Source: an uncultured Planctomycetia bacterium (GTDB lineage Bacteria > Planctomycetota > Planctomycetia > CAXEIY01). From it: 64,000 nucleotides of DNA. Each line of letters opens with the position of its first letter. Within the stretch, counting starts at the first letter, position 1. The notes beneath the pieces were generated by a model, which worked only from the letters and a program-made list of their open reading frames with translations, was not told the origin of the DNA and did no database searches. Shown piece by piece: positions 37,424 through 47,999 of this stretch. Location: positions 44,701-108,700 of the forward strand of contig CAXEIY010000248.1 in assembly GCA_963996245.1 (NCBI GenBank). The letters are read 5' to 3'. A program made the position numbers and the translations under genes.

Positions 37424-40400
37424 TCAGCTCCCCCAGTTCAGTGCGCTTTTCCAGCATTCTTTCAGCGTCTGAATACTTTCCTCAATCAGTACCGTCGCCA
37501 TGGGATCATCGGGTTGATTGGAACCATCCGTAACCTTCAACTTCGGTTCTTCCAATACTCGACCAACGAATTCCACTTCCCTGTTCCGTCTACTTCCATC
37601 TGCCGTATGTTCCATAACGGCAATAAACTCGTTTTGAACATCTGGCGAAACTTCAACGAGAAACCGCGAATTACTTTCCGAAAAAAGCAACACACGCTGC
37701 AATGCCATCCCCTCTGATGGACCTTCCAAGCCTTGGTCTATTAAATGACTCTTTTCTTTTGAATGCAAATCGATCCAGGCGCCGCACCCTCCCGAAAAAG
37801 CCATCTCCGCCAGGCTTACAGCTAATCCACCCTCACTCAAGTCATGACAACTGCGTACCAATCTTTGCTTGATAGCAAGATGAAGGCGACGATAGGATTT
37901 CAGTGCTGCATCAGTGTTCAACATGGGAACAAATCCGCCAGTACAGTCGTGAATGTACTCGTAATGGGATCCACCCAGTTCATTGGAGGTCTTGCCTACC
38001 AGAAAAATCAAGTTTCCGGGTTCCTTGAAATCCATAGTGACGCACTCGTGCACATCGGCTACCTGCCCCAGTGCACTGATCAACAATGACGGCGGAATGT
38101 TAATCGTTTTATGAACCCCCTTTTTCAATTCATAGCGGAATTCATTATTGAGACTATCCTTACCACTGATAAAAGGCGTTCCATACCGACTGGCAACATC
38201 TGAACAGGCAAGCGCCGCACGCACCAGGCTTCCCAGTGTCTCGGGGTAATCGGTATTCCCCCAACAAAAGTTGTCCAGTAATGCAATGCGGTCAGGATCG
38301 GCGCCCACTGCAATACAGTTGCGGACCGCTTCATCAATCGCACTTGCAGCCATCCAGTAGGGATCCAGTTCTCCATAACGCGGATTCATTCCACAGGCGA
38401 TCGCCAGTCCTCTCGAGGATCCGAATACAGGACGAATGACAGAAGCATCAGACGGTCCATCATTATGAACTCCCACTAAAGGCTTTACGACTGTTCCGGC
38501 TCGAACCTCATGATCATATTGCCGAATAACCCATTCCTTCGAACAGATATTCAAGGACGCAAGAAGTCTTAGAAGATCCTCTCGAAAATCACTGTGCTCT
38601 GGATAACCGGAGGACAAAGAGTTTGTCTGTGCCATTCTCGAGTGGGCATCGGGTTGCTGGTCTATGAACGTTCGCTCTTCTTCATTGATTTCTTTACATG
38701 ACACCATACGAGTTTGAGCTGATAACTGATGCTGAGCTTCACGTACCACTCGGGGACACCCCTGGTGCAAAAAGTGCATATCAAGATCGCCTACTACGGT
38801 ATCCTGGTATTTCAAAACCAGACGACCGGTAGGTTGAAATTCACCAATCACACTTACCTCAACATCTTCGCTCTCACAAAGCTCTCGCAATTCTTCCCAA
38901 TGATGAGGTGGAACAGAAAGTACCATTCTCTCCTGGGCTTCACTGATCCATATCTCTGTGTAAGAAAGCCCTTCATACTTCAACGGAACCCGTTCCAACC
39001 ATATTTCTGCCCCAATTTCAGCACCCATTTCTCCCACAGCAGAACTAAATCCTCCCGCACCACAGTCGGTAATCGCTGTATACAGTCCTCGATCGCGTGC
39101 CACCAGTAAAACGTCCATCAACATTTTTTCAGTAATCGGATTTCCAATCTGAACCGCACCACCTGAAATAGCTTCCGATTCGTGTGTCAGTTCGAGTGAA
39201 GAAAAAGTAGCTCCATGAATACCATCACGGCCGGTTCGACCGCCCATTGCTACCACCCAATCCCCGGCCATGGGTTGTTTCTCGCATCGATGGACAGGTA
39301 TGGTTCCGACTGTTCCACAGTAAACCAGAGGATTCCCTACATAACGTGGGTCAAAAAACACAGCTCCGTTTACCGTAGGTATTCCCATTCGGTTACCATA
39401 GTCCCGAACCCCACTCACAACCCCTCTCATCACCCGCTTAGGATGCAGTACGCCTGGAGGTAATTCGCTAAATTCTGTATCCGGTGGAGCAAAACAAAAC
39501 ACATCGGTATTAGCTACCGGGCGCGCCCCCAGTCCTGTCCCCAGAATGTCACGGATCACACCTCCCAGACCGGTATTCGCACCGCCGTATGGCTCAATCG
39601 CAGATGGATGATTGTGTGTTTCCACCTTAAAACACACATGGTATTGATCATCAAATTGAACAATTCCTGCGTTGTCCTCAAACACACTGACACACCAGTC
39701 CTGATCCGGACCCAGATTCGACCTCACTTGCTGCGTCGCAGAAAATATGGTTTCTTTCAGTAGATTGTCAAAATGGATCTCGGTCCCTTTTTGCCCATCT
39801 GCGGTCATCTCCTGATAATGAATACGCCCTTTCAGTGTCTTGTGGGAACAATGTTCACTCCATGTCTGAGCAATCGTTTCTAATTCAATATCTGTCGGAT
39901 CACCACCTCTGTCCAGAAAATGTGACTGAATCGCTTTCATCTCACTCTCATTGAGGGAAAGCTGCCTTTCTTGACTGATTTCGATCAGTTCCCTTGCCTG
40001 GCTGTTTCGCAGCGGGACCTTAACAAGAGAAAACTCATAACCGACTCCTTGTACTAAGTGCTCTGAATTCAGTTCTCCTATGATCACCTGTTCAATAGAT
40101 TCATTGGCAAGCACTCGGTGAGCTAATAGAGACACCTCTTCATCTGACACAGGACCTTGTATCCAATATTTCTGTAACGTTCTGACTTCCTCAACAGGAT
40201 ATCCACAATCACGGATCGCATTCAGACAACTGTGTGCGACGGGATCCATCACCCCCGGCTTTCTCAAAACCTGGATCATGCTCACGTTCCTAGCATTCTG
40301 ATCCATACGGCTTCCCTGCCACTGATAATCTGACTGTTCCACAGGAAACGCCAAATAATCTTCCAAAACAGGATCTACGAGCAACTCCTGACTAATGGAT

Positions 40401-40600
40401 GCCAGAGCATCCTGGGTAAGAGAACCGTTTATCAGAAAGGCGCGAGCGGTGTGAATCGGTCCTATTTCCGAAAGGCCACTTTGAGTAGCATCCGCCGCCA
40501 CGCGTTGTCCATGTGAATCAATCCTGTCGCGTTTTGGATATACGTCAACTTCCCAGATCATCTCGATTCCGTTTCGCCCTTGTAAGCATCTTGCAAACAC
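37424..40600 (-). CDS. purL: phosphoribosylformylglycinamidine synthase PurL with two N-terminal PurS-like modules (PurS-PurS-PurL fusion)
   Basis: PurL core motifs: IAQTWSEHCSHKT, GGANTGLGGVIRDILGTG. The N-terminal roughly 200 aa contain two PurS-like units (MIWEVDVYPK...LLVDPVLEDYLAFPV and MIQVLRKPGVMDPVAHSCLNAIRDCGYPVEEVRTLQKYWIQG). The 5' end overlaps the tyrA stop by 17-56 nt, depending on which start is used. Confidence 0.85.
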   Translation of the reverse strand: MFARCLQGRNGIEMIWEVDVYPKRDRIDSHGQRVAADATQSGLSEIGPIHTARAFLINGSLTQDALASISQELLVDPVLEDYLAFPVEQSDYQWQGSRMDQNARNVSMIQVLRKPGVMDPVAHSCLNAIRDCGYPVEEVRTLQKYWIQGPVSDEEVSLLAHRVLANESIEQVIIGELNSEHLVQGVGYEFSLVKVPLRNSQARELIEISQERQLSLNESEMKAIQSHFLDRGGDPTDIELETIAQTWSEHCSHKTLKGRIHYQEMTADGQKGTEIHFDNLLKETIFSATQQVRSNLGPDQDWCVSVFEDNAGIVQFDDQYHVCFKVETHNHPSAIEPYGGANTGLGGVIRDILGTGLGARPVANTDVFCFAPPDTEFSELPPGVLHPKRVMRGVVSGVRDYGNRMGIPTVNGAVFFDPRYVGNPLVYCGTVGTIPVHRCEKQPMAGDWVVAMGGRTGRDGIHGATFSSLELTHESEAISGGAVQIGNPITEKMLMDVLLVARDRGLYTAITDCGAGGFSSAVGEMGAEIGAEIWLERVPLKYEGLSYTEIWISEAQERMVLSVPPHHWEELRELCESEDVEVSVIGEFQPTGRLVLKYQDTVVGDLDMHFLHQGCPRVVREAQHQLSAQTRMVSCKEINEEERTFIDQQPDAHSRMAQTNSLSSGYPEHSDFREDLLRLLASLNICSKEWVIRQYDHEVRAGTVVKPLVGVHNDGPSDASVIRPVFGSSRGLAIACGMNPRYGELDPYWMAASAIDEAVRNCIAVGADPDRIALLDNFCWGNTDYPETLGSLVRAALACSDVASRYGTPFISGKDSLNNEFRYELKKGVHKTINIPPSLLISALGQVADVHECVTMDFKEPGNLIFLVGKTSNELGGSHYEYIHDCTGGFVPMLNTDAALKSYRRLHLAIKQRLVRSCHDLSEGGLAVSLAEMAFSGGCGAWIDLHSKEKSHLIDQGLEGPSEGMALQRVLLFSESNSRFLVEVSPDVQNEFIAVMEHTADGSRRNREVEFVGRVLEEPKLKVTDGSNQPDDPMATVLIEESIQTLKECWKSALNWGS

Positions 40601-41483
40601 CTTCCATATCAGACTGACTGAGTAATTCCCGATACGTTTCGAGCTCTTGAATCAGTCGGGCCAGTGCTTCCAGCAGTGCCGTTTGGTTCTGATCAAAAAT
40701 TCCACTCCATAACTCAACATCACCCGAAGCAATACGGGTGGTATCTCGAAATCCACTTGCCGCTAACTCATGATATGAGGGATCCAAAGAGCCTGCCAAT
40801 GCAGAGGCCATCAAATGGGGGAGGTGACTGGTGTGCGCCAACGCCATGTCATGTGCTTCCGGCCCCATCACTCTGACTTTAGCTCTCAATTCTTGCCAGA
40901 ACTGGCTCACTCTCTGGATTGCAGAAGGAGGTGTCGACGCGGTCGGTGTAACAACACAGATCGCTCCATCAAACAGGTCACTTCTGGCATGCTCGACTCC
41001 CTGTTTTTCCGATCCCGCTAACGGATGGCTCCCAATAAAAACAACTTCATTCGGCAAGGGGGCATGGACAGCAGAAACAATCGCCTCTTTGGTGCTACCC
41101 GCATCCGTCACAAGTGCCCCACGAGGTGCGAACGCCGCCACCTGATTCACGAAATCCGGTATCTGCTGTACCGGAGTACAGACGATGATCAGTTCCGCAT
41201 CGGCAACGCCTCGATCCAGCTGAGTAGTCGTGGAGTCGATTGCTCCCAGATCTTGAGCACGGGACAAGCGTGTGCTGTTCCTGCCAATACCCACTACATG
41301 CTGCGCTAACTTATGCTGCCGCAACGCTAGCCCAATTGACCCACCGATCAATCCCACTCCGACAATAGCAATCCTATCCCATTTCATTGCATTTATGGCA
41401 TCACACGTGTACGAATAAATCCCCTCGGTTACCTGTGAACCACCATAAGGGCTTACACGAAAAAGTCCAGACATAACGATCAC
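40545..41483 (-). CDS. tyrA: prephenate/arogenate dehydrogenase
   Basis: Rossmann IAIVGVGLIGGSIGLAL. Conserved IIVCTPVQQIPDFV...FIGSHPLAGSEKQG...FDGAICVVTP blocks. Confidence 0.8.
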   Translation of the reverse strand: MIVMSGLFRVSPYGGSQVTEGIYSYTCDAINAMKWDRIAIVGVGLIGGSIGLALRQHKLAQHVVGIGRNSTRLSRAQDLGAIDSTTTQLDRGVADAELIIVCTPVQQIPDFVNQVAAFAPRGALVTDAGSTKEAIVSAVHAPLPNEVVFIGSHPLAGSEKQGVEHARSDLFDGAICVVTPTASTPPSAIQRVSQFWQELRAKVRVMGPEAHDMALAHTSHLPHLMASALAGSLDPSYHELAASGFRDTTRIASGDVELWSGIFDQNQTALLEALARLIQELETYRELLSQSDMEGVCKMLTRAKRNRDDLGS

Positions 41484-41571
41484 GGTATATCCGACAAATC
41501 AGAACGTAAATAGACAAGGCCTTGGAACACAGAAAAGAGCCTGACTTGATACGGCAGGCAAACAGATCGCT

Positions 41572-44500
41572 TTACTGTCTAACCTCGTCGTCTGTATCAG
41601 GATCCAATTCTCGCCGACTATCTACGTTAGCCTGGGAGGGAGACACAACATTACGGTTCCAATGAGGTGTCTTACGATGCCGGGAAGTAAAATCCTCATC
41701 CAGATCTGTTTCGTTGTTTTCGCCAGTTACCGTTGACTCGGAATCGGGCACTGAAAAATTTCCATCTTCTCGAACATCTTCAAAACGCACAGCCACACGG
41801 GTTGAAACACCTGATTCCTGCATGGTAACACCGTATAAGACTCCAGCATTGGTCATCGTGCGTTTAGAGTGAGTGATGATTACAAACTGCGTATCCTGTC
41901 TGAATTCCTCCAGAACATTCATAAGACGATCGATGTTACTTTCATCCAAAGCAGCATCGACTTCATCAAAAACACAAAATGGACTAGGCCGACTACGAAA
42001 TATTGCCAGTAGAATGGCTAGTGCAGTGAGTGTTTTTTCACCTCCGGAAAGCTGAGAAATACTTCGCGGTTCTTTACCCGGTGGTCTCGCAATAATTTCA
42101 ATACCACTTTCCAAAATATTGTCTTCATCTTCCAATACGATTTCCGCTCTTCCACCGCCAAACAGTTTTCGAAACAAGTCTTGAAAATGCTCTCTGACAG
42201 CATCCAGTGTCGATGCAAACAAACGGCGGCTTTCCGCAGCAATCTTCCTCAGAATTTCTTCCTGACAGGCTTTGGCTTCTGACAAATCCACGTGTTGTTT
42301 TTTCAGGGTTTCCAAACGTTCTTCAAGCGATTCTAACTCTTGTAACGATTCCAGGTTTACAGGACCAAGAGATGACATACTGGCTTGAATTTTATCAATC
42401 TCCTTCTCCATTTCCTGGTACACCTGATCATCTGTCACATCAAAAAGTTTTTCGATATTTCCATGCTCTGTAGAATCGAAATCACCTCTTCCCGTTTCCT
42501 TGTTTTCCGATGTCCATCGCAATAGAACTAACGGGGCATTCTGAACATTCTCTTCTACCTCACTAGCCTGACGCGCTAATCGATTCAGATCGACGCCATA
42601 ATATTCTCCCATTCGGTCATCGAGCGTCTTCATTTGTTGGCTTAATTGCTCAACCAGTAGATCCTTTTTATGGACATTTTCTTCACACGCATGAATGGTT
42701 TCTCGCAAACATGCCAGCTCTGAATACATCCCTTTGCGACGCGAATGCAGTTCGTCATATTCGAATGAACATTCTTCTAACTGTTTTTTCCCTTTTTCCC
42801 ACGCCAAATACACTATGGCCAATTGAGATTCGGACTTCAAAATAGCACGAACGGCGGCAGTTACCCGGTTTTGGCTATCCGTAATTTGCTCCTGCAATCG
42901 CCCCTGACGTTCTCGAAACTGGGTTCGTTGCCCATTCATTCTTGCAATGTCTTGTCTCAAGGTCTCGATTCTTTCACTTTTTTTCGCACGCCGAATTTTG
43001 ACCTGTGTCACATGCCTTTCAAATTGCTGCCGCTGCTGGTCATCTGAAAGAACGCTGGCCTCGAGCTGTTTGATTTTAGCCTGTTGTTTTTCAACATCCC
43101 GCTGTACCTGTTGAAATTCCTCTTTCGTCACTTTCGCATCTTGTTCCAGATCACGAAGACTCTCTTCCATCTGACCCAGTTCCAACAAACTTATGTCATA
43201 CTGCTCTTGTAACTGATCTATTTTATGGTTGGTTTGTTCTTGATCCACTTTCCGAAGTGCCAGATTTTCACGTTCCCGATCCAAATCATTTTGAAGCGTT
43301 CTCTGAGTGGATTCGCATTCCGCTATGTCATTTTGCTGTCGTTGATAAATGATCGATTGTGTTTCAATCTGACTTTCCAGCAAGGTAATACGAGCCCCCA
43401 TCTCTCTCAGCTCACTGTTGCGTACAATGGGTCCCATCCCATTATTTCCCACCCCCACTTGAACATTACCATTGCCATCTATCATTTCTCCATTGTGGGT
43501 AACAAATCGGAAATTATGTGCTTTTGTTTCTTGGTAAAGTCGAATGGCACAGGGCAAGTCAGGAACAATCCATGTTTTTGATAGTAAAACATCTACCAAC
43601 CCTCTAAGTTCAGATGTCACTTGTACATGTTCATCTGCACGTATCATACCTTCAAGACACGGTGGAACCGCGTCCCAAGAATCTGCAGTGTCCTCACTTG
43701 ATGTTTTCAAAAACACAACACGATCTTTTTCCTGCTGCGTCTCAGGTGTGTTGGGAACCTCCTGGTAATACGTGTCGTCGGTGACAATTCCTACCCGGTT
43801 AGTCACATCACTCGCAATGTCCAGTAAGAGCTGTCTTGAATCTTCCATGGAGTCGAAAACAAGAAACGAACTGTACTCTCCGAGCGCTACTTCGATCAAA
43901 GGCGCATATTCCATGTCGACTTCCATTAGGTCTGCAACGATCCCTCGGAAATATCTCCATGGACCAGGATCGGATCTCTGACTAAGTGTAAATGCTTCTT
44001 GAGCACCTTGAGTGATCCCTTCCTGGGCATTTTGCAGGTCACGCAGCACGTTCGCACGTTCGGTGGCTGCTGCACACTGCTGACGTAACTGGCTCAGCTC
44101 TTCCTGAACCTGGTCTCGCTTCTGCATCTGTTCCTTTATACGTTGTCTTCCCTCGTCCCACCGTGATTGCAGTTTGTCTACTTTACCCTCTGATTGCAGC
44201 CGGAAATTTTCTAGCTGACCAGCCTGAGTTTGTAATCCCACCAAACGCTGTTCTGTCTGTTCTTGACGATGTCGTAGTCGATCACACCCCTGATTATAAT
44301 TCGATTGTTTTGCTTCGTACCCAGCTGAATCATTGGAAAGAACGGTACTTTTTCGGATCAAATCCATTAGTTCAATACGTTCTTGTTCTAACAATTCCCG
44401 TTGCTTGCCGACGCGAGACATATGCGTCTCATATTCCGTTTCACACCGTGTGACTTCCTCAGACTGAAGCGACAGCTCTGATTGATTGTTTCGTAATGAT

Positions 44501-45528
44501 TCCTGAGCAATATCTTGTCTATTTTGGAGGTCTTGTATGGATTGAATAGCTTCCAGCCAAAGTGCACGCAATCGTGTCAAATCGTTGTTCCACTCATCCA
44601 CACGTAGCCGAAAGTTTTCACACTTGCTAACGTCCGCGTCCATTTGACGACGCTGTTCACCTAACGTCTTGGTGACCACTGTTCGTTGCTGTTCCAACTG
44701 TGCAAGTGTTTGCTCCACCTCCTGTACCTGTTGTTCCAATTGGACAACCTGATCGTTCTTCCGATGCTGCTCTTGCAGCATGGTTTCCTTTTCTTGACGT
44801 ACAACTGCCAAGTCATGAAACGACTCCAAGTAGTCTTTCAACCCAAGGGAAAGCCGCAAAGAGCGTAAGCGAGTGTTCCATTGCTGATGACGTCTCGCCC
44901 GTGACGATTGTTGTCGCACATTACGCAACTGCCGTTCCACCTCTGACACAACGTCATTGGCACGCAATAAATTCTGTTCAGCCTGATGTAACTTACGTAT
45001 CGACTCATCCCTGCGCATCTTGAAGCGACTGATTCCAGCCGCCTCTTCAAAGACAAGTCTTCGGTCACGATTCGAAGACTGAAGTAAGATATCTACCTTT
45101 CCCTGTTCAATAACACCATACGCCTCGGTCGTGACTCCTGTCCCGGCAAACAGTTCACGAATATCTCTTAACCTGACAATCTGACGATTGATTAAGTACT
45201 CCCCATCGCCTCCCCGATACACTCTCCGTGTAATCGCAACTTCTTCTGACTCAATACCGAGCAAACCGGATTGATTATCAAAAACAAGAGTCACCTCAGC
45301 CATTCCAAGACTGCGACGAGTCTGGGATCCATTAAAAATAACGTCGGCCATTTCCTGGCCACGCAAGCTTTTCGGACTTTGGGCACCGAGAACCCACTTC
45401 AATGCATCGACCACATTCGATTTTCCGGACCCATTGGGGCCGACAACAGCCGAAATGCCTTTGTCAAATTCGAAGCGAGTTTTATCCGCAAAACTCTTAA
45501 AGCCGATCAGTTCAAGCGATTTAAGCAT
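41572..45528 (-). CDS. smc: chromosome partition protein Smc
   Basis: N-terminal Walker A FKSFADKTRFEFDKGISAVVGPNGSGKSNVVDALKWVLG. Long coiled coils and a hinge. C-terminal ABC signature LSGGEKTLTALAILLAIF, Walker B CVFDEVDAALDE and H-loop. The likely start is MLKSLELIGF at 45528 (track ORF 45570). There is an acidic C-terminal tail of about 90 aa. Confidence 0.9.
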   Translation of the reverse strand: MLKSLELIGFKSFADKTRFEFDKGISAVVGPNGSGKSNVVDALKWVLGAQSPKSLRGQEMADVIFNGSQTRRSLGMAEVTLVFDNQSGLLGIESEEVAITRRVYRGGDGEYLINRQIVRLRDIRELFAGTGVTTEAYGVIEQGKVDILLQSSNRDRRLVFEEAAGISRFKMRRDESIRKLHQAEQNLLRANDVVSEVERQLRNVRQQSSRARRHQQWNTRLRSLRLSLGLKDYLESFHDLAVVRQEKETMLQEQHRKNDQVVQLEQQVQEVEQTLAQLEQQRTVVTKTLGEQRRQMDADVSKCENFRLRVDEWNNDLTRLRALWLEAIQSIQDLQNRQDIAQESLRNNQSELSLQSEEVTRCETEYETHMSRVGKQRELLEQERIELMDLIRKSTVLSNDSAGYEAKQSNYNQGCDRLRHRQEQTEQRLVGLQTQAGQLENFRLQSEGKVDKLQSRWDEGRQRIKEQMQKRDQVQEELSQLRQQCAAATERANVLRDLQNAQEGITQGAQEAFTLSQRSDPGPWRYFRGIVADLMEVDMEYAPLIEVALGEYSSFLVFDSMEDSRQLLLDIASDVTNRVGIVTDDTYYQEVPNTPETQQEKDRVVFLKTSSEDTADSWDAVPPCLEGMIRADEHVQVTSELRGLVDVLLSKTWIVPDLPCAIRLYQETKAHNFRFVTHNGEMIDGNGNVQVGVGNNGMGPIVRNSELREMGARITLLESQIETQSIIYQRQQNDIAECESTQRTLQNDLDRERENLALRKVDQEQTNHKIDQLQEQYDISLLELGQMEESLRDLEQDAKVTKEEFQQVQRDVEKQQAKIKQLEASVLSDDQQRQQFERHVTQVKIRRAKKSERIETLRQDIARMNGQRTQFRERQGRLQEQITDSQNRVTAAVRAILKSESQLAIVYLAWEKGKKQLEECSFEYDELHSRRKGMYSELACLRETIHACEENVHKKDLLVEQLSQQMKTLDDRMGEYYGVDLNRLARQASEVEENVQNAPLVLLRWTSENKETGRGDFDSTEHGNIEKLFDVTDDQVYQEMEKEIDKIQASMSSLGPVNLESLQELESLEERLETLKKQHVDLSEAKACQEEILRKIAAESRRLFASTLDAVREHFQDLFRKLFGGGRAEIVLEDEDNILESGIEIIARPPGKEPRSISQLSGGEKTLTALAILLAIFRSRPSPFCVFDEVDAALDESNIDRLMNVLEEFRQDTQFVIITHSKRTMTNAGVLYGVTMQESGVSTRVAVRFEDVREDGNFSVPDSESTVTGENNETDLDEDFTSRHRKTPHWNRNVVSPSQANVDSRRELDPDTDDEVRQ

Positions 45529-45600
45529 ATCCGCACTGAATGGGTATCGCCCCAAAAGAACATCGTCCACATTAACTACCGAGCTCCATTGACTCGATTG

Positions 45601-47463
45601 TCAATCGGTGGAAGACCGGCCAAAAATTTTAGCAAAAAACCCGACACGCGTATCTGATGGATCTTCCTGTTCACGTTCGAGTTTTACCGAATCACTCTCG
45701 GTCGAAAGCTCTGAGGCTTCCACCGTTTCCTTCCGCACACTTTCTGGTATCACATTATTCGAAAACAATCCCGGGAGTTGATCAAACCAATTCCCCGAAT
45801 CAGTCGCTTCTACCTTCTCCAGTCTGCGGCTCAAACGCGCCGACAGACGACCAGCCCGTGGCAGCGTATCGACCGCCACAACTCCGTTAATATTGCCTTG
45901 AGCCTCCGCATGTGCCAACATTCCTACCACATCAGAATAACTGGCCCCAAGCTCTACAGCGATATCAATAACGTCAGAAATACGTGAAGACGTCTTTCGG
46001 GTATCGGGAGTCCTCCCCACTCCAAAACGTTTAATCACAACCCCATCCAGATTTCCATCACTGTGAATCTGGATATTGTTTCCTGCTTTCAGGAACAAGG
46101 GAGTGACAAATTGCTGGTTCATCCCAAACAATACCAACTCGGGTCGAAAGCTACGGGCAACATGGATCAAAGGAGGTCCCAGGGTTGGAACTTCGTGAAC
46201 AAAAAACCGATTGGCCACATTCCGACCATTTAACCGAGGGTGTGATGAATCCAGAACGTATAATGCGCGAAAGGCGCCATATCGTAATTCCGCACTGGAA
46301 CTATCCAGCAAACTCAATAACGCATCAAAAGCAGCTGGCGTACCCAGTGAAGTTAACGCGGTAAGTGCAAAAACACGGAAAGCCGGTTCCTCGCGAGCAG
46401 CAACAGACAATGCCTGCGCACCACTGGACTCCCCGAGATAGGCCAGTGATTCGGCAACAAAAAAACGCACTTCACTGTCTTGACTTTTATTTAATACCTG
46501 AATCAATGTTTTTTTCCCGGTATTTCCCATCCCTTCTAACTGTTGAACGAGAGCAGCCAGTAACTGCTGATTTTCAAAGGTCTCCGATGAAAGCAGTGCT
46601 TTTTCCATTTTTTTAGCGCGTTCGTTGCGCTCTGAATTAGTCTCACTCAAAGTCATATTTCTGACAACCGACAAATAACGCGGCAGATTATGACGATAAT
46701 TACGATCGACCACCAAGTCGATGTACTGAGGCCGTTTGGCAGTAGCGGCGCCTTTTGCACCACGAGTTTCCACAGAACGGAATTGCCGGTTAATGGAATT
46801 TTCAATCTGAACTGCAGTCACAATGTTCTGGTATTTTTTTGCGACCAGTAACTGAAGATCTCGACGACGAGTTAGTTGCACACCACCTAAAACCCGACCT
46901 CGTTGCTGCATCGAGGAATCCGTCATATCGGTGGTATCTGGACTCACCACAACTGGACCTGTAACTTTTGCCCATATCGCACCTTCGCGAATCCTGTTTC
47001 CCAATAAAGCGGTTTGAGAAAGATTGACTTCCAGGAGCAATCCGTGTCGAAGACTTTTGGTAGCGCTATTGGGAGGTACCACTACTTCGGCATCCACTTT
47101 GTCTATCTGAGAAGCACCAGGGGGAATGAATGCGCGAACCAGAACCAGTGCGGTATCTGAACTGGAAAGAAGTCCGCCAGGATCGGAAACGCCTCGTCGT
47201 GTCATTTCTTCGAACATTCGGGTCCGCCAAATAGAAGGCCTCGGATTACTCCCAGTCCCTTTGAGACCAACCACCAGTCCGACATTTTCCACTTGAATCC
47301 AATCGAGACCACCAGTTGCCGTAATGCGTCCAATGGTTTGTGTCGCTAATCCTTCAGGTGTAACCTTTTCCGCCCCAATTGCATCCGGCACCAGACTGAT
47401 CATGCACACTACCGTCAGACCGGCCAAAGTGTTCACCATGGAAAAAGGTAATCGAACGTCCAT
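45601..47463 (-). CDS. flgI: flagellar P-ring protein FlgI homolog with an internal HEAT/PBS-lyase repeat insertion and a C-terminal extension
   Basis: Signal peptide, then ENVGLVVGLKGTGSN (cf. FlgI GYGLVVGL.GTGD), KSLRHGLLLEVNL (cf. KSLRGGTLL), and a late ISDVIDIAVELGASYSDVVGMLAHAEAQGNINGVVAV (cf. FlgI C-terminus [26 protein letters not shown]). Inserted between these is a HEAT-like DSEVRFFVAESLAYLGESSGAQALSVAAREEPAFRVFALTALTSLGTPAAFDALLSLLDSSSAELRYGAFRALYVL. Confidence 0.65.
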   Translation of the reverse strand: MDVRLPFSMVNTLAGLTVVCMISLVPDAIGAEKVTPEGLATQTIGRITATGGLDWIQVENVGLVVGLKGTGSNPRPSIWRTRMFEEMTRRGVSDPGGLLSSSDTALVLVRAFIPPGASQIDKVDAEVVVPPNSATKSLRHGLLLEVNLSQTALLGNRIREGAIWAKVTGPVVVSPDTTDMTDSSMQQRGRVLGGVQLTRRRDLQLLVAKKYQNIVTAVQIENSINRQFRSVETRGAKGAATAKRPQYIDLVVDRNYRHNLPRYLSVVRNMTLSETNSERNERAKKMEKALLSSETFENQQLLAALVQQLEGMGNTGKKTLIQVLNKSQDSEVRFFVAESLAYLGESSGAQALSVAAREEPAFRVFALTALTSLGTPAAFDALLSLLDSSSAELRYGAFRALYVLDSSHPRLNGRNVANRFFVHEVPTLGPPLIHVARSFRPELVLFGMNQQFVTPLFLKAGNNIQIHSDGNLDGVVIKRFGVGRTPDTRKTSSRISDVIDIAVELGASYSDVVGMLAHAEAQGNINGVVAVDTLPRAGRLSARLSRRLEKVEATDSGNWFDQLPGLFSNNVIPESVRKETVEASELSTESDSVKLEREQEDPSDTRVGFFAKIFGRSSTD

Positions 47464-47678
47464 TGAAGTGATCCTTTACATTCCCCAAGTCAGGAAGGAC
47501 TTTTCTGTCACTCGCATGAATCTCAGAAAATCCAAGCGTACTCGAACAAAGCACTTATCAAAATAAAGGTGACAATACACCTCTGTCCAACGATATCGTG
47601 CAGCAACAGATTGACATGAGTGGGGAAAATAGGCTCTAAACCGTATAGGGTCAAGATCAATCAGCGGGCAACCTCGAT

Positions 47679-47999
47679 CTAAGGAGGATCATAACCACCG
47701 GGATGAAACGGATGACAGCGACATATCCGGAAAATGCCTTTTAAAATCCCACGTGCCATTCCATATCGCTGAATGGATTCAATCCAGTAAACACTACAAC
47801 TTGGGTAGAATCGACAACATGGCCCTAAAAACGGACTCAAACACATCTGATAAACACGAATCCCCCCAATTAAACAGCGGGATGGGAAATTCTTGAAATA
47901 GACAAGCCCGTGCCGACACAGATCTGTTAAACGATTCTTCCCTTTACAGCGATACCATCTCACGTCCTCTAACGCGGTGAAGTCAATCAACCGATTCAT
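47679..47999 (-). CDS. yidD: membrane protein insertion efficiency factor YidD
   Basis: [45 protein letters not shown] is the YidD signature. It overlaps the rnpA 3' end by 17 nt. Confidence 0.85.
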   Translation of the reverse strand: MNRLIDFTALEDVRWYRCKGKNRLTDLCRHGLVYFKNFPSRCLIGGIRVYQMCLSPFLGPCCRFYPSCSVYWIESIQRYGMARGILKGIFRICRCHPFHPGGYDPP

